From contig JBHGNT010000005.1 in the NCBI GenBank assembly GCA_043228905.1, forward strand, positions 24,912,255 to 24,976,254: a stretch of 64,000 nt of DNA, in the 5' to 3' direction. The notes under the pieces are model-generated. The model did no database searches and was not told where the DNA came from. It worked only from the letters and a program-made list of their open reading frames with translations. Origin of the DNA: Azolla caroliniana (Eukaryota > Plantae > Polypodiophyta). The position numbers and the translations under genes were made by a program. Positions 1 to 53,679 of this stretch are shown here, piece by piece; the first letter of the stretch is position 1, and each line of letters begins with the position of its first letter.

Positions 1-960
1 AAGAATAGAGTGATCCGGACTTATATTATTAACTTGGAAAACAACATAACATGGATAAGCCCCAAAATGCCACTGGGTACAAAGATGGCCCACTATAAGA
101 CGCACTTCTTACATACATCAGAGGATGGATTCGTCATCAGGCCACCTTATATGGACATACATCTATCCTATGGCTGCGTAGTGTGGGCAGTTGCGAACTC
201 CATCACATCATCTACAGATTGAGGTAGGCAGATATACACGACTACCTCTAGAAGAGAGAATTTGCCAATTGTGTCATCAAGGAGTGGAATCTGAGGAATA
301 CTATGTTTGTCATTGTAGTGTCTTTTATGAAATCAGAGGGAGATACCATTGCCTCTTTAAACAAGGCTTTGGCCCACTACGCAAGGTAATGGAATATTAG
401 GACCAACGATGCCTAGGACTTTTCTTGCTAGAGCTCAAGAGACATCGGGAAAAGTTGTTGAAGAATACAACCACACAAGCTCATCCACAAAGAACAATCA
501 CAACTTTCTTTAGCCCCATCACTCCTACTAATCCTACAAGTCCATAACAAATGGGCTCTAGACCAGGACATAACAAAGGGGTTACAATTGATCTGGCAAT
601 AGCAATTTGCCGTGCACGTAGGTCCTGCCCCCATGGACCAGTGTCATCGACAGATAAAAAGCCATTATCTCCCGCCATCGTAGGTGCTTCCCTCGCTTCG
701 GAGACATTTCTATTTTGGATCGACCTATGCTAGAGATCTTTCGAAGAAAAAAGCTACAATATACCTAATTTGAGAATCTCACATGTGCCAAAAACCAGAT
801 TCCCTCGTTTCTTCTCTTTTCATCTTATTTACTTTTATATTTATTGTGTAGTATTTATTTTATTTTGATTTGTTCTCAAAGACGAGACAACACTCAAGAT
901 GTAATCTCTTATTTGGTCTTATAGGCCATATTGGCCTCTTAAAAGACGTAAATATATTCT
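1..960 (+). mobile_element. RTE/RTEX-like LINE, 3' fragment (family A), in ATM intron
   Basis: C-terminal motif HHLQIEVGRY..EERICQLC..ESEEYYVCHC..YEIR; ends in the hairpin tail gtcttataggccatattggcctcttaaaagac; close match to the reverse complement of 25090-26020. Confidence 0.8.
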
Positions 961-1177
961 TTCTTTCTTTCTTTGTGTGAAAAATAACGGCCTGCTGGCC
1001 TGCCTACGATGATCGTTAAGACATTTTCTACGAGAACATAAGGTTCTTCATTCAAAACAGAAGAATTTTTTGACCGACGGAATTTTGTGCATGTGTTAAA
1101 TCAAGTAGTTGAGTTAGAGCTCTTTCATGCTTGAATAATGTTGATGTTGAATTCACTTTCTATTTGACATTTTTCAG

Positions 1178-42980
<41,803 letters not shown>

Positions 42981-45900
42981 CAGAAAGAGAAAGTTGGAAA
43001 CTTTGGACTTAAATGCTTATTGCTAGGGAAGGAGTAATTCTCAGATGTCTTGGTGATAGAATGTAATGATGGCCCTCATGTTAACATGAGGTATGGCTGT
43101 ATTTCTGAATGAAAACAGATCTTTTGGAGGTTCATGCTCATGGCACTCAGGCTTTGATGTGTGCATCATTTTTAGGAGAAAGTTGATAAAGCAATACGAA
43201 GATTATTGTTGCCGTCTGGGTCAAATGAAATACTGATTTATGTTATTCCGAGAACTTGCATCATTGGAGCAGTGGCATAAAATAAAAGAATGTCAAAATG
43301 ATCAACCTCGAGTTACAGTCACCAGGGCACATTGTATCTGGACTGGGTGTGCAGTGGTTGTGACTGCTGTTTTTTTTTAAATATTTTCCAATGGCCTATT
43401 TTTTTCCTATCATATTAACAATCTGGACAGTCGATCAAGTGTCCCTGGACAAAATCTCGTACCTGGTAGATGCGGAGTGGCTCTGCAGAAACTGCCAAAA
43501 TGTATATACACCACTTTCTAATCTGTTAAATAATGCATCCTTGTAATCTTCCTGTAAAGTCTTAGCACTTTCATGCTCTATGAACGTGTGTTTTCAGAAG
43601 AAAGGGTTTTAATATATGGTAGTGCAGGTATTAAGAAATCATTAGCGTTTTACTTGGTTTAACTAAGTTGTTGCGGAGAAAAGGATTATTAGCAATCTTC
43701 TAAACCAAAAGATCAGGGCTCGTAAAAGATAGTCTTTATCATTTATCACACAAACAAATTGGTATTTTTTTTCTTGTTTGTAGAAGAGTTCCTTGATATT
43801 CAGAAAGGATGAAAGTACATATGGTATCTGAATTTTAATGATAATAGAATTTTCTTACACGTAGGGAATTCCAAGTCTAGTTAAACAATTTATTGAATTT
43901 CTCAAGCTTCCAAATTCATCATTTGATTTGATAGGACTATATAATAGTTGATAGTAGATACCAATAGTGATTACAATTTTCAATGCATGTTTGAAGTCAA
44001 GTGTATATAGAATCAGATAGATAATGGTAGCTTTGTAGTGTTTGTGGTTTAATAGGTGTTTGGTTTGGGATTCCAAAAACTATTATTTCAGCCAGTTAAG
44101 TATTAGAATTCCTGATTGTGATGATGGGTAGAGGTTCTCTTCTCAAGTTGGAGAAGAGGTATAATGTTGTAGCTTTATGCATCATCAACGATGCATAGTT
44201 GTATTCTCAAAACCTCAAAGCTATTATTTTCGTGTAATGCTAAGACATATTTATCCATACACATGAAATTTGGCATGGCATAAAGATTTATCATGAGTGG
44301 ATGGGAGTGCATCATATCATACTAAAATTACAAGTTTTTAAAATTATGCAACATCAATCAAACCTATTCATCGTCTAAGACTTGATCTCACATTGTTAAG
44401 CATGAGTTTTACCATCACATGATGATGTTTATGTATTTGGATGTAAGAATTTGTATTTCTATATTATCAATTAATATATTTTGTGAATGGTATTTCATAA
44501 AAATTATTGTCAAATTCTGCATTATCAATATGTTGGAATTTGATTTATGAAATGATGAACCTAAGGAAAGGTGATCTTGGGAAAAAATGGAATGAGTATC
44601 TTTTCCCCATTATGTACCATCTATAAGATGTCTTATTATGAATCGGAAAATTGTGAAATCATTAATCTTGTATAAGTTGTAATATAATGAATTGATTATG
44701 TAACTTTATACAATTTATACATGAGCTTGTCCCTTCATTTTTATTTAACATTGAGACATTGAAAGATTGATGTACGTTCTCATAATTATAGGAAAACTTG
44801 ACCCGACCTTGTAGATCATATACAATGTTAGTTTGAACATGTCGTGTGGGGTGTGGATTCTAGATGGTCAATGCTTTGTTTGGAAGACGGTGGATTGGCA
44901 CAATCAAATGATATATAATGATTGAAGGTACCAAGTCATGTGTGAGCCACAAAGGAGGGGAGGTACGTGAATTACATGCCACGAATTAATATGAAAAAGG
45001 CCAAAATAAAGTTAAATAATGTAAATTATCTACAATGATTGGAGTTACCTCTAGAATCACATGATAGCCTCTACAGGTAGATATGAGGTTATGATAGGAA
45101 GAAGTTTTTAAAGCAAAAAGAAGCACATTGCAAGATCTCATCACATATCAAAGAATTATCCATCATAAATTGGCATAACCCATGGGAATCAAATAGGAGT
45201 GGCTTGCCAAGCTCTATTGTTATATAATATATTATTATTCAATCACATTCATAAGAAGGTTTAGCTTTGATACTTATAGATGCACTTTTTTATCTCGTCA
45301 AGGTGCCTTCAATAGATTAGGCAATTACAACTTGTAAACCTTAAAAGATGTTATCATTTATAAGTTATAGTATCATGTAACTTAAGTATGCACATTATGT
45401 TAGTACAACAAGTGAAAACATTTGGACAATTCTGGTAGTCGACTAATCTATTGGCATAGGCATATGTCAAATGAGAGGAAACACTTGTTCCACTTAGACC
45501 TACATTTCCTTTGCATTTTTGTCAACAATTTTGAAAGACCTTATGCAAGTGGTTGGCTTGAAATCCAAACCCTTTTTTGTTATTATTATTAATATTAGGC
45601 ATATTGAATGGGGGGGACTCATTCCGATCAAAATTTATATGTTTCCTTTGCGTTTCTATGGACATTGTTGAAAGGCCTTGGACAAGTGGCTGGTCATGAA
45701 ATTCGAAACTTGGTCCAATGCCAATTTTTTGACACTTGAAGTATTGAGAGGCAGGAAACTCATTCTTGAAACTTATATAACTTAGGTAGTTCAGTAGGCT
45801 ATATTTAAGTAATTAAGGATTTCCGTATTTCGAGTTGATCCATCGGCTCTAAAGTACGATATAGCATCTTGTCAGAAAGAGTAGATTATATGCCCACTTT

Positions 45901-46913
45901 GAAGTTAATCCTTGAAAAAAGTAACATCAACGATGCACATTTTTGTACCATATTGCGATGCCATGACTCTTTACCCAAACTTGATAAGCTCAACAATTGG
46001 TATTCCACATCAACAATCTAAATCGTACACGTGTTTAACATCAATGTCTTATCCTATGGTTCTTGTCACTTATTTCCATCCCAAAATCTTATGGGTTCAA
46101 CATGTCATAATATCAAAAAACATGTCGAATCCACAACTCGCATCAATATTATATTGTAAGATGCTTTCCAAACCTTACATCAATCAAATTTATAATAGTG
46201 CTTACATTTACATAAAGATGAAATTTCTAGCCATCGCAAACTAAAAAAGTGCAAATAACTTTCACAACCTTTGGCATGCTAGTAAGTTTCTAACAATAAG
46301 TAAATGAATAGCTACTTACAAATTCAAGTGTTAGGTAGTACAACATAAGATAATTGAATGTTGAACACCTACATGATAAAACAACCTATTTGGGTGGACA
46401 TTTGTTTAAGTATTCTTTACATTTCCATTGGTGCATAAATAGCCCCCTTGTTTCTCCATTGATGGAATATGACAACTACAACACTTAATCGAGCATGACA
46501 ATGGTGATACCATCCGAAAGGATAGATTATTATGTTGAGATGACATCATACAATAACATGGATAGTCAAACTATAATATACTAAATTTACAATGGATAAA
46601 ATTTAGTTTTGAAGCAGAGGAGTAGGCAAAGGGGTATATGAGTAACCACAATGACTTAGAATGGAACATTTCTGTTTGAATCAGGTATCTATCTAGATAT
46701 ATCTATCTAGATATGGATGGATGTTTGCCCCCCCTACCCCCATCATTGTTTCTAAATCAATATCCCGATTTCTTTGTTGCGTCTTCCCCTCAAGTATAAA
46801 AAAACTGTGAATTCATTCCATTCTATCCATATCTAACGAATCATTACAATCCACCGATCCATTTGGTTGATTGGATAGATGAATCCCCGGGTGTAAGCTT
46901 CGACAATTGGCTA

Positions 46914-47096
<183 letters not shown>

Positions 47097-47574
47097 TTAG
47101 GTACCCTGTAGATGTGGTGTAAACATAAGGTAATGAGGTAAGAATATCATTTGGAGAATGTGAAAAGGGTGTGAAATTGAGGGGAGGTTGATAAAGATAT
47201 AACTACACACAGTGTCTCTAGGAGGGCATTTTATATTTTGATCCACTAGGAAAACCCACCACATGTGATTTGTGCAATTGTGTGTTGAAGACAACTTAGA
47301 TGTTTGGATGTGGGAAGACAAAGCAACTTATGACAAAAAGGAAAATCAAGCCCATGATTTGTGAGAGGGGAGTGTGTCTACATGGAGTATTCCACGTATT
47401 GAACAAAATGTCTAAACCAATAGTAAATTAGATAAAGAAAATAATTTAAAACAAATGCACGTAATTCATATGGACACATAACATTATTAGGGCAAGTACA
47501 ATCACACCTCATATTTATTTGTAGGCAAATTACATATCTGGATACGGAGAGTCCGTAGGAAGAAAGCAAAGAAA

Positions 47575-47815
47575 AGGATGATAGAAAGAAATGTTGATTA
47601 ACACCTTTCAAGAGGCCAAAATGGTCTATGAGGTCAAGAGAGAGATAACGAAAATGTTGATTAAAATGTTGACTTAGAGAAATTGATGATAAAAAAGATT
47701 TCAAATGTAAGTGTGGTTGTTCGTGGAGAGTAGTAATTTGTAAAAAGGAGGCATTTCATTATGTTTTTCCTAGGGGATAAGGAAGCATTAAAGGGCCACC
47801 GTCTTAAGATGTGAA
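47575..47815 (-). mobile_element. Short LINE tail fragments in the bHLH upstream region
   Basis: ctttcaagaggccaaaatggtctatgag is the reverse complement of the hairpin tail. Confidence 0.5.
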
Positions 47816-48024
47816 AATCTAAAAAATCTACTAGTAACATGGCATCGGTAAAATCTCCAACCAACATCAAACCTCAACAAAGTTGAAGTACTAGGAGATG
47901 TAAATGAAGAGGAAAAGATATGATGATGATGATGGATTAAAAGAGAAAGAGAGAAAGGGAATGATTGCGATTCATTTATGAATACGAGGAGATGTTTGAA
48001 CTTTGATTGGCTCGCTCCCTCACA

Positions 48025-48026
<2 letters not shown>

Positions 48027-48065
<39 letters not shown>
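48027..48065. repeat. (CT)n microsatellite upstream of the bHLH gene
   Basis: Perfect CT run followed by cataaata. Confidence 0.9.
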
Positions 48066-48069
<4 letters not shown>

Positions 48070-48344
48070 TACATAAATACGAGGACCCAAATGCATAGAT
48101 CCCCATGCAAACATCATAATTCCACTTTCTTTGTCTCTTGAACAAGCGAAGAACAATTTACGTGATACATATTGTTTTAGTCTCATAAGCCATGCACGAG
48201 TGGTGGTGTTCTTAGGGACATTATATTTAATACACCACTTCTTCTTCTTCTTCTTCTTCATGGATCACCCTAATGTAAACTTTCCATATGGGTAACATTT
48301 TATGACACTCAAAACCCAATATTATTTGTAGTAACTATCTAGGC

Positions 48345-51300
48345 ATGGACAGGATGAGGAACAACATTAATAGTGTTGTTGAATTAGAGGGAGTGGTATT
48401 GTATGAGACCCCTAATTATATCATTAACCCTCCAACTCCCACTTCTACCCCAAACATTAATATCACCACCACCTCCATTGCACAATGTACTCATCCTTCC
48501 TCCATTAATCCTACTCGTGATATAGTTACTCATACCCCAACTACTAGTAACCCTCATGGTTTAAGCATATATGGTGTCACTAAGCTTGATGCCTTAATTA
48601 CCACCAATCCCATATCTACTACTCGTTTATCTCCCTTATCTCAAAGATTGCATGAGCATGATTGTGAAGTTGATAATCAAATCATGAATACTGGCACAAC
48701 AACTACCACATTCCCACACATTGTCGCCAACGTTGATGTTGCATGCACCCCATTTGTTTCTCGACATAATGATATTCATGCAAGGGGTCATCTATTGAGA
48801 AACCATGCCCATCATGATCCTGAGTCAATGATTAATTGTGAAAATATACTGAGTACTAATCATACCCAAACATCATCAACAATTACATCTTTGAGGCCTC
48901 CTCCCTATCCCCATGATAAAATTAACATTGTCGTCTCTAGTGCAACCTCTACTCAAGCAACAAATGTAATATCGAATACTCCCCTTCGCAAAGGTACGGC
49001 ATCATATCGTCAAACTCATATAAATTCCGAGAGGCAACGTCGCAAAGCTATGTCCAACCTCTTCACCACCTTGTACTCACTCATCCCCTTCCAAAATGTC
49101 CTCAAGGTAACCTTCTCATCACTACTTAGATATCTTCTTAGTTTATATCATGTATTAGCATTCATTTCAAAAAAGTATACTCATTAATGATGAAAAAATG
49201 TAGTTTAGAATAGTCATTAGCAAAGAAGAGACAATCAAAATCGTTGATTATTATACATAAACTAATTCAATGTAAACCATCCTTTACGTTGAGGGAAGCT
49301 TAATTATTTATTTTTTGCTAGCACTCTTCATTAGATTCTACATGAAAATTGGCTCACGTAAAATGTAACAAACGCCATTAGGAATTAACAAAGAGCCCAA
49401 GGTTCATTCACACATTATGGTTAGCCTCCCCAACAACATGTTACTTGTAGCATGTCCTGTCCTTGTATGTATGTATATTGTGTGTGCTTATAATTAAGTT
49501 GTATTCATTCACTCACATGCAATAATGCATGCAATACTCGCTAAACCCCATCATCAACGTAAAAGTCATCTCAAACGTGTTTATGGTCATGCTTCCCTGA
49601 TTATGAAGTCCAAACATGTAAATAGTTCAAAATAACTACTAATTACTTTATAATTACATCTCAATCTTTGCTCATTAGCTAACCAAGCTGCCATCAAATG
49701 AGAAGTAAGCATAACAATACAAACATGAACATAATACAACAAGGATCAATATTTAATAACTCTTTGAATGCTAATTAGGCTGTCATTTTTCCTCATATTT
49801 AGAATGTCGCGTCATATTCAGAAATGTCACCATATAGTTATCATAATTATATTGAAGAATGGTGAATGTTAACGATCATTAACTTTGTTCAAATTGTTTA
49901 TTGATAGTGGTACATGCCATTTTATTTTGTTGTTTCCTAAACATATTCTATATCTACATAAATTAGTTTGATTATAATCTTCCCTATCATGCACGCACTC
50001 TAATTATGCATTGTAGTTTCCTTAGGATACAAGGTTAGAACTTAGAATATTTAACTTGGGGTATTCATAGTATAGAAGCTAAAACATGCAAACATACAGT
50101 TTAAGTTCAAAATATAAGTGTGAGAACATTGAAAATGTGTGTAACCATTGAAATAGAGTTTATTATACATTTGTGCTATGAGTTGTTGTAGATCAGAGTC
50201 ATTAATGCGTTTGCACCTTCACGATATCATGAATCATGATAAAACCAAATTAACTTTCTCTTTCTATAAAGTACTTGAGCATGTGATTAATGAGGTTCTT
50301 GATTTCTATGCAATTATATTTTCTTTGTACTTTGAACAAACGGTCATTCCAAATGCCTCTTTTACAAGAGAAACACATTAATGGATAAACCTCATAGCAT
50401 CACTTCGAAATGTGCTATAAAGTTAATTAGGCCAACTTTTCTTGATCTAAATCACCTTCTTAAAAGTTCAAAACATGAACGATCGACCCTAATCTTGGCT
50501 CAGAAAATCGAAGCGGGAAGTGGCCGAATGAAAAAAGCGTTTGATTTCATTAAATCCGCTTTCAAAAGAGAGAAAGTCGGGTATATACGGGAACCGACTC
50601 CTTGTTGTTTTTGCAACCATAGGAACTGCCATGAATGTAGGAGACTACCCTAGGTATAAATCAATTATGCAATGAAAAAACAAAGAGCAACATTTGACGT
50701 CTGCAATTTACTCCCAATCTTATGTAATGATTGTGGCATAACTTGGCATTTAGTTAACGGATTCCTATTTTGCAAAATTATAGATCTCGTTAACTTAAAC
50801 TTAAACTTTACAATTAAGATCATTGTCATATACATCATTCTCTTCATTCTATGAATGCAACATAGTCTAGCAAGTTGATTTGTGAGACATACAATTAATT
50901 AGAGGCATTGGAATTTGTATCTTTATAGCCATGAAATTGATCAATTGGAGCTATTCATGACTAAATCAATTGTGAATATGTTTGTGCAGCCAGATAGATG
51001 CACGATTGTCAACTATGTCATCAATTATGTGGAACATTTACAAGAAAAGATAAACGATCTAGGAAAGGTGAAATCTACACTAGAATTGGACATGGAGAGT
51101 CGACAAAAATATGGTCCTATAACCTATAGATCGGAAGCTATCCCTCAACGTGATAAGAATATTCACAAAGTTAATCAAAATGAAGGACATGATCATCTTA
51201 AGAGAAAAGAGTGTCGTAGTGGAATTCAACTTCCGATCAATGCGAGCGTGAGGTACTGGGGTACTATGGACATTTTCATCACTTTAAGTTGTCCGAAAAG

Positions 51301-51633
51301 GAGAGGTGTTTGGTCGGATGTACTTGGCTTGCTAGAAGAAACCTTTGCACTTGATGTGCAAAGTGCCACGTTTTCCTCTACATCAGATGTATGCTTGCAC
51401 TCCATATATGCCAAGGTATGAGTTTGACAACATTTGAAATAATGAAATTGGGCCTCTTGTAATATGTCGTAGTCATTCATTATATTATTAATCTCAATGC
51501 TTCATTAAATACGTTATTGAGATTCTAACAACATAACATGATTCAAACACAGGTAATCCATGTTGATAAAAAATTATCAATTGAAGAGCTACAAATAGCC
51601 ATTATGGACTTCTTGCATATGCATTTCAAGTAA
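48345..51633 (+). CDS. bHLH transcription factor with C-terminal ACT-like domain (resembles the subfamily Ib / ZHOUPI-like group)
   Basis: Exons 48345-49106, 50990-51415, 51553-51633, all GT-AG and phase 0. Spliced bHLH HINSERQRRKAMSNLFTTLYSLIP..K|PDRCTIVNYVINYVEHLQ has H-E-R residues. ACT-like FITLSCPKRRGVWSDVLGLLEE..LDVQSATFS...LHSIYAKV. Start codon uncertain. Confidence 0.88.
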
Positions 51634-52847
51634 CAATATAAATATAGAGGTTTACCAATTTGTACTCCAGCATAACTTGTGAATTTCATCACCTTATAAC
51701 TCTTCATTTATGTATTATCTTCTACCTTTAATATCAATGTGACTAAAATGTTGTGTGTGTTTTTGCCCAATGTTTTGAAATAGTTTTACACAATCTATGA
51801 ATGCTCGATAATGAAATTAAATGTTCTATCATAAGCTTACCAAATTTGAACATTATTGAGTATAGACTAAACGTTAGTTTGTATACGATTCTCCTTGTAT
51901 TAGAAATTATAGTAGGATTCTCTATCAATAAGTTTTGCCTTCTTTAAACTTGTATGTAATAAGTCGACACTATGTTGTATCTGTTGTTGAAACTAGTACA
52001 TCACCTTTTCCATTCAACATTTTAACTACATAAACACAATGACATAGTGATAAAGTTTGAACTTAACAACATTGATCTCAAGTTCCGAAAAAAGGGGTTT
52101 GACATTCCATAAATGTGATTGATATCAATAGACCTTATTACACCAAACCCAACATTTGAGTTCAAACGATTTGTTAGAAGCAAAACAAAATCGATACTAC
52201 CAATGTAATAAATATTACACATACTTCTTCAATCTATGTTCTCATTGTTCACTCTCTTAATCTATTTGTATTAACATTTGAACCTAGAGGGGTCGACCAA
52301 TGTCAAAAGAAAAGGGAAACATAATGTTATAAAGCTTGCGTATTGATTTTTTATAAAATTATAGTTCGTTTACCAATTATGTGATCCTTGATAACATGAT
52401 CCATGAAGATAGCATAAGTAGATCCTTGAAATGTAATAAGTGAATTTAGCACATTTCCCACCCAAATACAATAACACAATAAGAGCCATTAATTGATATT
52501 GCATCCTCCATAAGAAGATTTGATCAACAATGAATGGTGTATTATAATCTCTCCCATAGTTGTCAATTTTTTATAGAATTGAATTTTTTGACCTTGTGCC
52601 TCAAATGTGGCAATTGGATGAAGAACTAACACATCCATAACCAACTTGTAGTACAATTTAGAACTCATTATATGGATCGATAATAATGAGGAGTCTTTGT
52701 TGAGGTTTTATATTGTGTGATTTTTCTTCAAAGGATGAGATAATAGGTTCAACTTGTCCACCTTGCCAGAAGATCCCCACTATTGTCGTAGAGACAATGG
52801 ATGGTTTTCTTTTAATGTGTATATAACTTGTATATTTTAGCATCCAT

Positions 52848-52881
52848 ATGAGTTTGATAGCAATAATATATGAAATGAAGC

Positions 52882-52920
<39 letters not shown>

Positions 52921-53187
52921 AGATGGATGTAGCTCAACCCAATGGAGACCAGGTGGTCATGGGTTCAACCCCTACATTCCACAGTGGCATCTAGTGAAAG
53001 AAAAGATATATATGAAGTATATAAGTTTGATAGCAATAAGATATGAAATGAAGCTACGAGAGAGAGAGAGAGAGAGAGAGAGACCAGATGGATGTAGCTC
53101 AACCCAATGGAGACCAGGTGGTCATGGGTTCAACCCCTACATTCCACAGTGGCATCTAGTGAAAGAAAAGATATATATGAAGTATAT
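52848..53187 (+). repeat. Tandem duplication of about 170 bp containing (GA)n and a tRNA-like head (possible SINE remnant)
   Basis: Unit starts at about 52848 and 53021; each has tagctcaa (A-box-like) and ggttcaaccc (B-box-like). Confidence 0.75.
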
Positions 53188-53299
53188 AACAGAGAGGTGA
53201 GAAAATTGAGTTTCAAACCCAAGACACACAATTCTTGTAGTGTAACAACTTAGCACCAGGACAAGGTAATTACGATAATAAAAAGAGAGAGATGGATGG

Positions 53300-53600
53300 A
53301 AAAAAGAGTTATAAAGATATGGGATTTTCGTAAGCCCATTATCTGGTGGTTTCATGTGTTCAAGGCAGGTTGGGGTTCTCGATTGATGCTACGAGCTAAA
53401 GTATTCATTTGGAGAGTTATGGTTGCAGCTTTGCTTACTCCACTTAGAGACATCCACACTAAATTGATACACCTCTAAACCATCCTTTAGTTGGGTTTTT
53501 GCACGTATGGAGAACAATGAACTGATGTTTCATTTCCAAATTATTTTTGAGTTCTTGAGGTATTGGGGGCTATGGTTCAATTGGAATATGCAGAATGCCT
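53300..53600 (+). pseudogene. L1-type LINE zf-RVT remnant
   Basis: W..VFKAGW.SRLMLRAKVFIWRVMVAALL resembles the zf-RVT K.K.F.WR motif. Confidence 0.5.
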
Positions 53601-53679
53601 TCACTTTTGATTTGCACATTGGGGTGAGAAAATATGTTGTAAAGTTAAAAGGACTTCTTTGTCACTGTACAGATTTAAA

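Noticed and set aside
50430-50660. MITE or Helitron in bHLH intron 1
   Set aside because: Composition shifts, but I could not find a convincing TIR, TSD or Helitron hairpin.
52919-52985. Functional tRNA gene
   Set aside because: D-arm and acceptor stem are incomplete; only A/B-box-like motifs are present.
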